Shown: positions 39,736 to 52,692, counted from the stretch's first letter. The stretch: 64,000 nt of DNA from Azolla caroliniana (GCA_043228905.1 JBHGNT010000001.1:36518001-36582000), one strand, 5' to 3'. The notes: generated from the letters alone by a model not told the origin. Numbers and translations: made by a program.

Positions 39736-40611
39736 ACTTACGATAAGAAAGAGAGAGAGAGCGAGAGCGAGAGCACAATTGGTGGTTCAAATGAGAGATA
39801 TCTACTGAGTAATAGAGATGTGAGAAAATTGGGTTATGAACCCGACCTGTAATGCTAGTCCTGTAAATGACTAACGACTACGCTAAGCTAATTCCAATAA
39901 ATAAATAAATAAGAGAGAGATGGAGAGATATTTTTAACGTCCACGAGAGACCAATTGAATCTATGAGATGGGGTGTAGCCCATAGAGATAGAGTTTGATT
40001 AATCGTGGTAGAATCAATCATTTCAAATTTTACAAGAAGAGAGGTTTTAATATTACCCTTAAAAGAATCATTATATTGCATTAATAGTTTCACATCTTAC
40101 ACCATCTTACATCAAAGTAAAATTCCAAAGGATTTTTCTTTCTTGATAATGACTCTTTATCATTAGAATGAGAGACACTTGTCGCCACAAGCATTTTCTC
40201 TATGCTCTGTGTAGCATATATCAAAGAAATATGCCCTTTATTGTTTCTATTATCCTATATGAAAATGGATAAGTCATACACCTAGTAATGTCTACAATCT
40301 TTTCCACAAAACACGTAGTCAAATAGATGGATGGAGATAGAGGCATCGTCTATCAAAACATGAAACATGTGGGTTTTGAATTCTATGCCTACACACATAT
40401 ATATAATTTACCACTATTTCATGAATAAAAAACCATCCTCCTTTGTGTTTGGATCAATGGTAATGGTGTTCAATTTAGTAACATAAAGTCTTGATATCCA
40501 CCTAACTACTACTAAATAGATGTAGAAGCACATGAGCACCCACATGATACCAAATGCAAATTGTGAATCTATATATATCAAGTACCGTAGAATGATTAAA
40601 GTTGGCATTGC

Positions 40612-40930
40612 TTCACCAATGCTCAAGATTAGAATATTTAGCATACAATACGCGTAGAATACGTATGCTAAGTATTCTAACTTTTTTCGAAATACTTAGA
40701 ATACGTATTTTACAGAAAAAATATGTTAAATACATTAAATATTTCTTAAAGTTTAAAGTTTTTTTTAAATTTGAATTTTTAAATTTTTTTTAAATTGTTA
40801 AATACTTTTTAAATACTTAGAATATTTGAAAAATTGAAAAAGAGCAGTTCTAAAATGTAGAATACGTGCAGGATACTTAAGAGTATTCTAAACGCAGAAT
40901 ACATGTTTTTTAACAATTGTGGTGTGAAGT
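40612..40930. mobile_element. AT-rich MITE-like element with repeated agaatac motif and an internal 18-bp hairpin
   Basis: Imperfect terminal inverted repeats (cttcaccaatg / caattgtggtgtgaag). Hairpin at 40629-40680: ttagaatatttagcatac ... gtatgctaagtattctaa. Confidence 0.55.
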
Positions 40931-41069
40931 TTAAGCCTTAAATGATATTGTCTTTTATTAGGCTTAGTGACCTTACTACACCATTGTCATCAACGAACAA
41001 AATAAAGAGAGCTTGGAAAAAAACTTACTTTCGAGTCTCACCTATATAACGACAAGTTGAGCATTATCT

Positions 41070-41119
<50 letters not shown>

Positions 41120-42179
41120 ATTTGAAAGAAGAAATTTCAGAGAGTTTGTTCTTTGAAACATGAGGGACATGTTTGATGTTGAATTCATTTAAAACTTGTC
41201 ATCAATTAGTTTGAGATCACTATCAAATTTCTGTTGCCTTTTAAAAGATAATGCTAAAAAACCACGAGTCCACATGAGACAAATGCACAAAGCCACGTAT
41301 TGTCTTTTTGTTTAATGGATTTCAAATATTGAAGATGAAGTCATAAAAAACATGTTTTTTGATATATATATATATATATATCCCACAAACTCATGAAAAC
41401 AATATTTAACAAATAGTTAAAGATATACTTTTCTTAACGTGCATACTAAAATAAAGAACAATACAAAAACCCCTTATTGCTCACTCTAATATGTAATGAA
41501 GATGTAGTTGCTAATGTGTTGTAAGACTAGCTAGGCTAAATCTCCTAGGGTATAAGGTGTCTAATATAGCTCAATTGAGAGAACTATTCCTTTTAGTTCA
41601 CTTACCTTATTCTCGTACTCTTGGAGACTAAAAACTCGAGACTCATTTCTCATATTCCAAATGTACCATATGCCTCTATACATATGATAGCATCTTATGA
41701 AAGGGAGATGCTAACTTAACGAAAACCCATTATAAGGGCGACGAGAATATCCTCTCCATTTCTCTCTAAAAACAATGAATAGAGATTGACATAGGTTTCT
41801 ATCGTCTCCATTGACATGATGATTCTTTCAATGTGGAATTCACAAAAGAAAACAATATTTAGAGCTTGACATGGTTTTGTTTTTCTCCATCAACATGACA
41901 AATCTTTCAATGTGGGCTTTACAAAAGATGTTAATAGTTATGCCAATTGGGCTTGAAACTTGATATGCCAATGACCTCATGGAAGACACAAGGCGTGTCA
42001 ACTTAGATATACGTTTATGCACTACTCTTTAGACCATTCTAAAGAAATGTGCTATTACGATATTTGCTATGCTTTATAGATTGGCACATTCTCATTATTT
42101 TAATGCGGTGACTATGTCTTGGTTGGCTTGGAACTATTCCTGAGATTTTTATTTTTATTATTTTTATTATTAGTAAATA

Positions 42180-42433
42180 TCTTATTCTAGTTTTAAGTTG
42201 TTAGACTACTAGTCCTAAATCTTGGGTTCAAGACCAAATTTCTCACCTCTTTATTATTCCATACATTTCTTAAACTACCACCCTTAGGTCTTGGGTTCAA
42301 TACCAAATTTCTCAAACCTCTTTATTACTCCATATATATCCTCTCTAACTTACTAGACACCATGGAATGTAGGCATTGAACTCACGACTTTCTGGTCTCC
42401 ATTGGGCAATCTTACCAACTAAACTACATCCCT
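42180..42433 (-). mobile_element. tRNA-derived SINE-like element, copy 2, with internally duplicated second module
   Basis: Minus strand AGGGATGTAGTTTAGTTGGTAAGATTGCCCAATGGAGACCAGAAAGTCGTGAGTTCAATGCCTACATTCC has A-box and B-box matches and a pairing acceptor stem. The tcttgggttcaa.accaaatttctca.acctct module occurs twice. Confidence 0.78.
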
Positions 42434-42527
42434 ATGGGGGACATTTGTTAAAATTGGAATGACACAAAGAAGATTGGCATGACCCTTGCACAAGGAGGGC
42501 ACACACAAATCAAGAAATGGTCCAAAT
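42428..42527 (+). pseudogene. U6: Full-length U6 snRNA pseudogene
   Basis: atccctatgggggacatttgttaaaattggaatgacacaaagaagattggcatgacccttgcacaaggagggcacacacaaatcaagaaatggtccaaat aligns end to end with plant U6. The ACAGAGA box is mutated to ACAAAGA and the AGC triad to GGC. No USE/TATA upstream and no oligo-T terminator. Confidence 0.92.
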
Positions 42528-42731
42528 GCATACACATCTCTCTCTTCGATTAAATAATGATATTAGGCATAGTTGAAAATGTCGACATAAAGTCTCATAT
42601 TAGTTTTTTTTTCATGTTATGATAATGATTACAATTTACAACAATAGGTTATGTACAAGGCACAATGCGATTATGCAATGTCGTTTTTTTGCATATGCAA
42701 AGGTTGTAGACACTAATTCAATGATGATGAG

Positions 42732-42732
<1 letters not shown>

Positions 42733-42788
<56 letters not shown>

Positions 42789-42878
42789 GATATGGATAAA
42801 TACTCTCTCACACATAGAGGAAGAGACTCTCTATTCTAAGGGGATGGAAGTTGATGTTGATGTGGCAAAATTAAAATT

Positions 42879-42924
<46 letters not shown>

Positions 42925-42958
42925 GTAAAAGCACACACATAGAGATATGAATAAATAC

Positions 42959-43000
<42 letters not shown>

Positions 43001-43083
43001 GTAGGCAGAGACACTCTCTATTTTAAGGGGATAGATGTTAATGCTGATGTGGCAGACTTAAAACTGCTCTATGTCTCTCTCTC
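42733..43083. repeat. Two diverged copies of a microsatellite-interspersed unit
   Basis: catagagatatg.ataaatac(tc)n and actctctatt.taaggggat...gatgtggca.a.ttaaa each occur twice, separated by (TC)n/(CA)n. Confidence 0.8.
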
Positions 43084-43108
43084 AAACTGTCAATTCTTTT
43101 CCTACTTT

Positions 43109-43139
<31 letters not shown>

Positions 43140-43850
43140 ATTTCGTAAAAGCACACAATTATATTAATTGTATGTAAAATCCACTTAGTTACAACACTTC
43201 TTAGTCTCCTCTACCTATCGTAGGCATATGCCTATGTAGGGAGAGGGACGTCATGTAATGCCATTAGAAAACCTGAATATGCATTTGAGGAAATGATCCC
43301 TACATGCTCTAACATCCAGAAATTCCACATAAGAATAAATACCTTTTCAACTTCGTCATATAAGCTTTTACCCCATGTTTACTATCAAACATGAAAACAT
43401 TAGGCATATTCCAATTGTGTTGTAATCCCCAATAACGTAAAAATTAGAACAATATCTCCCTCTCGTCATTTGAACCATTTTGAACATACTGAGAAAAAAC
43501 CCATTGTTGAGGTCGCAAATAACAACGGGTTAAAACTTGCCAAATGTCGAATAAATACTTCCAAATGGTACATGCTATAGGACATTTAATGAACCTATGT
43601 GTACTCTCCTCCAATGGAACGATGCAAAAGAAACAAGTGCATGACCCTAGTCTTCGTCTCTTTAAGACTGAACCTAACAGGAACCCACCAATCATGAGTC
43701 TCCATATGAATGAATACCTTTGCATGAAAGGGCAGATGAGATGCCAACCACGTATAACCGCCAATCCACCCAAGGTGCAACATTTGTTGTCAATGGCAAA
43801 CATCCTTGCAACAATGTGGTATATCTTGTTATCCGTACAAACCCCATTTT
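43140..43850 (-). mobile_element. 5'-truncated LINE, subfamily B (zf-RVT region), 3' end at (TC)n
   Basis: ORF 43444-43803 reads FIWRLMIGG..LG..LKRR.LG..TCFFC.VPLEESTHRFIKC. The 3' UTR is closely similar to the copy at 57701. (TC)n at 43113-43139. Confidence 0.9.
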
Positions 43851-44158
43851 ATTATTTTCGATGATTACCTGAACATACCCGATTTTGTTCTAAACCCAAT
43901 TGTTTCATCGGCCAACCCCCCATTTTGTTCTAAACCAATTGTCACTATGGGCCAACCAAATTTGGTCGTAGTCAGTAGAAGAAAACGTTAATATATATTT
44001 CTCTCTCTCCCTCTCTCTCCCTCTCTCTATTTGTATTAATCAATCACTTCTCACATTCACCATCTCTTCAAATTTCCCCTCTTCTCTCCTTCCTCTGTTT
44101 CCTTCTTCTTCTTCTTCTTCCTCCTCCTCCTCCTCGTTTTATGATATCTCTTATATGC

Positions 44159-44192
<34 letters not shown>

Positions 44193-44224
44193 TCGATCTC
44201 GTGCGCATATAGCTTTTCTGAGCC

Positions 44225-44657
44225 ATGTTCATCCTCAAATCTTGTAGCAGGTCGCCCATACTCAGTGGTGGTCGGAATCTCTTCCGGAATGCCTGGTATT
44301 GATTTTCCGTCTTCTTATAACCTTCCCATGTTACATGCAATGCAAAAATATATATGTGCATGTAAAAGTGTATGCATGTCGCATTGTATACATGCTTATA
44401 TGCATCTGTCTGGTATATATACTTGGCTTGTACGTGTACGGAATACGTATGGTGTATGTATACGTGTGTATGACATGCTTAAGGGATGTTTGTGTATGAT
44501 TTATATGTGTATGCTATACGCATGGTGTAATTTGCATGCGCACAATTATGGTGTATATGTATGTATATGTACATGCATACGCATGGTGTGTATGCGTGTC
44601 TGTGTGACCATGTATCTGTTGTATGACTGTGGGTGTACGTGCAGGTGTATAAGTGTG

Positions 44658-44712
<55 letters not shown>

Positions 44713-47700
44713 GTATGTATGCATGCATGTTTATTAATATGTTTTGTTGAATTTGGTGTCAATATGAATATTATGGTTTTCTTAAAAAATTGACAATACA
44801 TGTGCAGTGTATATGCAATTACGTATGTTGTCAGGGAAGTATGGTTTGTGATCTGAGAGATGTTAATATTTATGCAATTATATACATGTCAGGAGATTAT
44901 GTTTTGTGTTGTCGTAGAAGTATGTATGGGTACAAAGATGACAATATGTACACAAATTATGTGGTCGAAATATGAATTTGGAATTTATAGTTTTATCTTA
45001 AAGAATAGCAATATGTGGTCTCATTAAATCGTGTCTTTGTCTAAGAAAGAGAGTTGATTATGCCAATTATATATGTGCATAATGTTGTGGTCAGCTCACA
45101 AATGGCTTCTCTGAGAGAAAGAAGATTTTGGAGATATGCATGCAAATATGTGGTCTCACTGACTGGTTCTCTTAGAAAGATTAGATCACGGAAATATGTA
45201 TGCATATATGTGATCTCATGAAATGGTTGTTTCCTTGAGAGATCAATATGTGTGCAATATGTGATCTCAAATAGCCGTGTTTTAGAGATTGGATAATGCC
45301 AATACGGTACAATATAACTTTTGCATCAAATCTTGAACATATATTAAAGCTTTTCATGTTGATATCATGCATCAATACAGTGACAGGTTTACTTCTTGCC
45401 ATGGTGCTAAAGATCAATACGTAAGGCAGCAACAATGGCAACATAACCTGAAGTTTATTGCCCTCAATAATTTGAACCGAACTACAACATCAAAATCTAT
45501 CGCATCTGCAAATACTTTAGCTGAAGCACGGTACATTAAATTAGATATAATTTTCATCTTTTGTTCACAATGACGTTTACCCGTCCTATCCATAGTCAAT
45601 CAAAAGAAGGTTTTTATCTTAGGCTAAATATGTATATATTTTCCTGTCTCTATAGGGATTCTAGTATCAATGATCCTGATTGGGACAATCTTGGATTTCA
45701 AATCCGAGCCACCGACCACATGTTTGTGATGAAGTGTAATATGGATGGAGAATGGTATAAAGGAGAATTAAAACCTTATGGTCTCCTGGAATTGAGTCCA
45801 TCCGCTGGAGTCTTAAATTATGGCCAAGTATGCATATAATAGACATATTTATTGATGTGAATAGTGTGCTAAATATGTTAATCATAAATGGAGGATCGAG
45901 TTTAGTATCATAAGGGTTGATGATATTGAAAACAAGTCTCAAAATCAGTAATTGAAGGTACAAATATCTCCTACGTATGTTTATTACCATTTGGTAATTT
46001 TAACAATGTTTAATAAGCTCTACAAATCCCACCTATGTGGTAGCTTTCTTCTCCAAATCTTCTTGTTTATCTTATAGAGCGAAATCTATCAACACGGTTT
46101 TAACTTTGTACAAAAATGCCCTTTCACAGTTTCGAATTTCAGAAATAACCCTCATTTTCCAAAATTATTCAAAAGTATCCTCTGTTCTTAACATTGGTTG
46201 CGAGATCATGTTTGTTGATGTATCTTGTCTATGTCTTTGAATTTCAGGGTCTCTTTGAAGGACTAAAGGTGCAAAGAACTGAAGATGGACGGCTTCTTTT
46301 ATTTCGTCCCGAAGAGAATGCGAAACGGATGATTAATGGTGCACAACGTATGTGTATGCCAGCACCTTCTGTTCACACGTTTGTGGAGGCTGTGAGGCAA
46401 ACAGTCTTGGCTAATGAGCGTTGGGTATTTTCTAGTTCTGAACTCTCGTTCATAAATTGTATAATATATAGATAGATAAATACATACCATGCATACACCA
46501 GAAGTGATAAGATATTTTACCACTATGATAAGATATTTTACCACTATGATTCCCACATTAATGCGGATTAGGAATTAGCAGTGGTTCATCCTGTAGGCAA
46601 GGCTACAAAATTGGAAGATAAAGAAAATTGGGTTCTTTCCCACATTGGAGAATCTCAAAACCTGCGAATATGAGGGTAAATGGGTAGGAAATGCGTATTG
46701 TGTGAAATATGAGGGAAAGTTAGCTTTTTTCCAGATAGAAAATATCTGAAACTTGGGAGATGTGATCCGAAATTGGGTTCTTTTGCACATGGGAATTTTT
46801 TTATAACTCGACTCTCCCATGGCCTTTAAACCTTGGGAAACATGGGAGAAAATTGGAACTTTTTGTCTTTCACACCTCTAAAAGTCGGGAACCATGAGAC
46901 AAAGTAGGCTCTTTTGTCATTTGCTCCTCTAAACTTGGCAAATATGAGATAGTGGGCTCTTTCTACCCGGGCAATGCTTAAAAGTGGAACGGGGCCTATT
47001 TTCCATGTCAAAAACTTTCTTGTGAATCAATTCCCTGCATAAGGTGTGTTGCAGCCGAGTTAAGTAGGTGTATGTTGGAATGGCTAAATAGTATGTTTTT
47101 TAATACATGGTATAACAGGTGCCTCCTTCTGGAAAGGGATCTCTCTACCTGCGCCCGTTGCTCATAGGTTCTGGAGCAGTCCTTGGACTGGGTAAATCTC
47201 CAGAATATATGTTTCTTGTTTATGCATCACCAGTGGGAGACTATTTCAAGGTATCGTGCCACCATTTTGTTTTGAAGTGTGTATATATGTATTTATGATA
47301 TTGACCTATGATTAAAATGAGAATAGTAAGACCAAATAAAACTATTAGTGTTTGATGGTACGGTTACCTATACAGAACATGAGTGTTTGATAGTTGAAAC
47401 ATATGTTATATACATGAGGTATACTCCCTTGTAAAAAAGACACTATTTGTTATCACAGCTTGATTCTTTCACCCAACAATGAATTTAGGAGTGATTGAAA
47501 CTTCATATCTATCTCAGGAAGGTCCTGGTCCTATACATTTGAAGACCGAAAGCATGTATCCTCGAGCTGTGTATGGGGGAACAGGTGGAATCAAAACCAT
47601 TTGTAACTATGCCCCTGTAAGTATTATCATGCTTTACATTTTGATATCATTCGTCATTATTGAGGAGTAAGATTGTGTCTCTTTGAACATGGTAATTATC

Positions 47701-49280
47701 TTAACCTATGTCTGTTCCAATTAGGTGTTAAAAGCCCAACTAGAAGCCAAGGCAAAAGGTTTTTCTGATGTGGTTTATCTGGATGCTTTAGAGAAGAAAT
47801 ATATCGAGGAAGTGTCATCTTGTAACCTCTTCCTAGTGAAGGTAATACTACACTGAAACTCGTATGATATGTAGTGGTTTTTTAGCATTTCATTTTTCAT
47901 ATGCACCAAAACATTCCCCGGAAGAACTATTTATAATGGCTGCGTCATTTCTTTCTATATCCTTCTTCCTCAGGTATTGTTGGTTCTTTGTTCTCATTAC
48001 TTTGACCCCAGGTCTAGATTCATAATTTGATGGCGTCCTGATTTATATATGAGAAGTACAAAGGTTTTGATTTGTATGTAAGTTATTGATGTGTCTGCTG
48101 GATGTTGAAGCTTGTCTTATGTAAATAATAAAAAGACATTTAAGCAATTATTCCCAGAATTACATATGTAGTATTAGCAGAGACATACTCATGCTTTCAC
48201 CACATAATCTCATTCCTTCACGAACTCATTAAGTTTTATTATTATTTTTCACAACACTAGCAACATGAATTTGTTTTTATATATTGTCAAAAAATGATAG
48301 GCAACAAGTTATTCAAAAAAGCAATGGAGATTTTCTAATATTTGTTTCAAAGATGTCACTAAAGATGCATTGTGGGATATAACGTTTTCTTGAAATGCTT
48401 CAATTCCTTCTACAGAATAATATAATTTCAACCCCTGAATCACAAGGCTCCATACTTCCAGGCATCACACGAAAATCTGTAATTGAGCTAGCCCAAAGCT
48501 TGGGTTATAAGGTGAGTAAAAAGCATTAGCTTAAAGTAACTGTATTTACCTGAATGCATAAACCAATTTCAATCTTGGAAGAGTTGAGATGAAGAAACAA
48601 AGCATAAAGGATGAAAGATCTAAGGTCTTTGTATGTTCTCATTTAATATAAATTTATGCAAGAAACATTCATCTGATTATCTCGGGCCATACCTTGCCCA
48701 TAAAAGCCCTCTTTCTTTCTCCTTGATTGAGAGAATTTATTACGTCAAACATCAAGATGTTTTAGAACATAAAAAATAAAACATTTGAGAGATTGGTTAA
48801 AATTATATTACGGTTTATTCTTCTGGCTGACGTTAATATATCTTTCTCCTTTTTTTCTAACACAGTAAAAAATGTAAGATACTCGAGGTTCTTGTCAGAT
48901 GTCAATAATTTACATTAATATTTAGTATATTTTCTGATGTTAATGTATATACTTCTGCTTAATAGAGGTTTTGGTGTGTCTGCTAGGTTGAGGAAAGGAG
49001 TGTTCCTCTAGCTGAATTGCTGGATGCTGAAGAAGTGTTTTGTACAGGGACAGCAGTTGTTGTCTCACCTGTTGGAAGTGTCACCCATGAAGGAGAAAGG
49101 TGAGAATAAACACAAAAAACCTATTTACAAGACATGTTTATTTTCGCAACCAATGATCTTCTTCTTTGTAGGGTATCATACTCAAGCAAAGGAGCCGTTT
49201 CAAATGTCCTTAGGAGGGCACTAATTGATCTCCAAGTCGGAAAAACTCCGGATACAAGGGGTTGGATAGTGCCAGTCTAA
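44225..49280 (+). CDS. BCAT: Branched-chain amino acid aminotransferase with N-terminal organellar targeting peptide; 10 exons
   Basis: Exons 44225-44295, 45387-45530, 45656-45827, 46248-46424, 47119-47250, 47518-47616, 47725-47841, 48416-48511, 48987-49099 and 49172-49280, all GT-AG and in phase. Motifs: [48 protein letters not shown] (PLP lysine), [24 protein letters not shown]. Confidence 0.95.
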
Positions 49281-49709
49281 GAACCGGAGGTTTGCAACTA
49301 TTCAATGCACATGCCTGTGCATAGAGTCACCAATGTTTGCCACTGTACCAAGCACCTCCTCTATATACGCACAATTAGCTAAGTTTGATAGTAAATTCAA
49401 GGTAGCTTGTTGTACATAAAAAACAATTCTAGGCCTCAACACAATTCTTTGCAATCATAGTTATACTTCTAGCAATTTACCTGGACCTTAGAGCATGTGA
49501 ATCTAGAGAGACACTTGTATATGAGCCAAAACATTGCCATGACAACATTGAATATGACCAAAACATTGCCATGACAACAATGAATATGATAGTATGTATC
49601 ACACAAACACAAGATGTAATATATTGTTAAGAAAATTACATCTGTTTCCACATTGTCAGAAGACACGATGTGATATTTAATAATCCCAAACTAAAGAAAT
49701 CAAAAAGTT

Positions 49710-50442
49710 TGGCAAGCTTTGGATTCCTATTTTGAATTCATGGCTTAATCCCAACACAACATAATGATTTTTTACCCCATCATATGTACATACATACATA
49801 TATACATAGATATATATATATATGGCAAGCTTTGGAATCCTATTTTGAATTCATGGTTTAATATCCATTCAGTTCGTTTCAGTGACAGCATTGCTACCTT
49901 TACAACCTCCCCTTGTACTGGTGGGTGCAATTACCATGTCATCACCTATTTTAAATTCATGGCTTAATATCCATTCAGTTCGTTTCAGTGACAGCATTGC
50001 TACCTTTACAATCTCGCCTTGTACTGGTGGGTGCAATTACCATGTCTTCAACCATTGAAACTCTAATATCATCTCTTCTGACCCTGCTGGAGGAGGGGCC
50101 CCAACATAATGATTTTTGGCCCCATCATATATATATATATAGAAAATATAGTGACCATGACATGGTTTGCTTAGTAGACTCAATTGATCATGGACGGCTT
50201 GGCTTTGATCAATGTGAAAGATTTGGATAGTTATTCATTCACTTTTTCTGTGAAGAACTTGTACCCTAACTTTTCAAAATAATCAAAATAAAATACATAA
50301 TTTTTAAAAAATTAAGAAAACAAAAGCAACATCTCTTCAAAATAAAATACACTTTTTCTGTGAAGAACTTGTACCCTAACTTTTCAAAATAATCAAAATA
50401 AAATACGTAAGTTTTTAAAAATTAAGAAAACAAAAGCAACAT
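49710..50442. repeat. Cluster of short near-perfect tandem duplications between the convergent BCAT and DHNA genes
   Basis: ggcaagctttgga.tcctattttgaattcatgg x2; ~108-bp attcagttcgtttcagtgacagcattgc...caattaccatgtc x2; 110-bp actttttctgtgaagaacttgtaccc...aaagcaacat x2. Confidence 0.9.
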
Positions 50443-51373
50443 AGAGATGAAGGGCGAGGTGCAAAACAAATCAGACAGTTTGGTTTATTTGTCTTCTTAA
50501 TGTGCTTACCCATCACACATGGCTTCAATGTTTATAACCTCGTGTTGCTTATTATATGATTATCCTAGAGGAAGCATGGTTTTAATTCTGGAATGTATAT
50601 CTTAGATAGCACAAATTTATAAATATAAAACAGTCATAGCATTTCAATTTGACATTGTCTCTAACTTATCCTCCAACAAGAAATAAGGAATGAACAAGTA
50701 ATACTCTATTGCACCTTCGATTTCTGATTCAAGGCTTACATTTACAAATTGACCATTGTCTTTACTCACAATAATATCACCTATGATATGAAAATATATG
50801 GTCACACAAAGAGTACTACAATTCAAGCATTTACATATCATTATGTATTCAATGTTCCTATGATATTTATACATCTCAATTAGAGCTATGAAATTTCCTT
50901 GTAGGAAACAATTAAATTTCTCTTACCTCCCATGGGATGTGCGAAGGGTATAATAAAAAATGGACATAGAAAACGTCAAAACAAACATGCTACATGTCAC
51001 CAACATGCTGCAACTTTGATGAATATATAGTCACAATGAATGTAGAATTACAAAGTCTTCGGAATGCAATATATCAATTCGTATGGAGCATGTCAAGTAG
51101 GAAAAAAGAGGCATCATGAATGCTTGAAATTTTTGAAAAATTACAACCAATGAAAGATAACTCTGAGGCATATAACCATTGGAATTTGTTATTATGGACA
51201 TCATAGCCATGAAATCATTTATTCTTTGTGTTGTGTTAAAAAGCATTATTAGCATTGAGGTTTGATTATTTGGTTACAAAACATAAAATTCCGAACCCAG
51301 TTTGTACTAACATGTTGATGGTTTTACACCTGAGTAAAAGTCATACACATAAAACAGAGACCATCATCCATTC

Positions 51374-52692
51374 CTATGCCGTTTCACCTTTGGCATAATC
51401 CTTTTTGAATGGTGATGTTCGGAAGATTTCTACACCCACATAGTCCATGTTTTTCTTCTGCGCTACAACAGGCTTCCCAATACGCACTCGTAAATCTGTT
51501 ATTTGCTTGAATGTATCAAAAATTTTACTTGTAGTTGCATTTGCTAAGGCCTCCAGAAGGTTAAAATGGGGTCCTTCGATGACCTCTTTTACTGCTCTGT
51601 TTTTTGTATCATGTGAATATTCGCTTATATACACTCAGGATTGGTAATAAAGCACTGGGAACATTTTTTATCAAAAAACCACTCTTTCTAAGTATATTCT
51701 GTGAAAATGCTACAGTTTCTTGCTTAATTGATTTGGAAACATGAAGAATCACAGGAGAAACATCAAACATAAATGCTACAGTTTCTTGCTTAATTGATTT
51801 GGAAACATGAAGAATCACAGGAGAAACATCAAACATAAATGCTACAGTTTCTTGCTTAATTGATTTGGAAACATGAAGAATCACAAGAGAAACATCAAAC
51901 ATACTCATGTCTTTTGTCATTTCCCTAAATACCTGCAAATTTTGCTATTTTTCCAAATTCCCTTGCACGACCCCAAAAGGGCAATCATATGTACTGTTTG
52001 GGCTGTTTTATCAATAAGTCATCCCAGCTTTCTCTATTTTGGGGAGTGACAAAGGGCATTTGGGGGAAAATGAAGAAAACTTTAGGGGTGTTTCAGAGTC
52101 TTTGTCAACCATCAAACGCCTTTTAAGTAATGTTGTTAACTAAGTAGAGTAATATCAGATAGTCAAGATGTGGGCACTGTGATAGGAGTATTCTGATGTT
52201 TTTTCTTATTAATTCAAGTGCCCACATCTTACTATCTTATTAACATTTGTCTCCAGATATACTTAAAAAAAGTGGCACTTGAAAATGCTCCCTAAAAAAC
52301 TACTTTCAAAAGATGAATGTTTCCCTTACTTGTGTAGAGTTGTATAGCTCACAGTATGATCCAAGTTATCTGTTGTTGAAGCTTTCTGCATGTCCATCCA
52401 TGCATCAATATCCACTAAAAATGGTTGCCGATTTTGTTTTTCATCATCATTAACACCATGCATCGCATCAAACTTTAGACCTCTGAGGACAATCTTGTCA
52501 CCATATCCAGCATTATATCTGATTCAATGAAATGGCCAAAGAAAATTCATTTTTTTCTTCTTCCCTTAAATGGACAAGAAATCCAATGATTCTTCCATCA
52601 ATATTTGAAATAACATGATTGTAGAGAAGTTACGTTAGAAAGTTGTCACGCTGATTATTGAAGATGTCATCCTCCGCAAAAGTTTCAGCCAT
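51374..52692 (-). CDS. FOLB: Dihydroneopterin aldolase (FolB family); 3 coding exons plus a probable 5' UTR exon near 53183-53260
   Basis: Exons 52692-52634, 52518-52330 and 51596-51374. Motifs: DKIVLRGLKF.A.HGV..DEK...QPFLVDID, DNLDHTVSY, NLLEALA, VRIGKP, DYVGVEIFR. Catalytic Glu, Tyr and Lys are retained. Confidence 0.9.
51705..51902. repeat. Near-perfect 66-bp tandem repeat, three copies, in the DHNA intron
   Basis: Units start at 51705, 51771 and 51837. Confidence 0.97.

Noticed and set aside
42362-42433. Functional tRNA gene
   Set aside because: The anticodon arm does not pair properly and the sequence belongs to a repeated larger unit. Treated as a SINE head.
42428-42527. Functional U6 gene
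   Set aside because: ACAGAGA and AGC motifs are mutated, and there is no USE/TATA or oligo-T terminator. Called as a pseudogene.
44265-44975. Cys/Val/Tyr-rich ORFs in BCAT intron 1
   Set aside because: Degenerate (TG)/(TA) low-complexity sequence.
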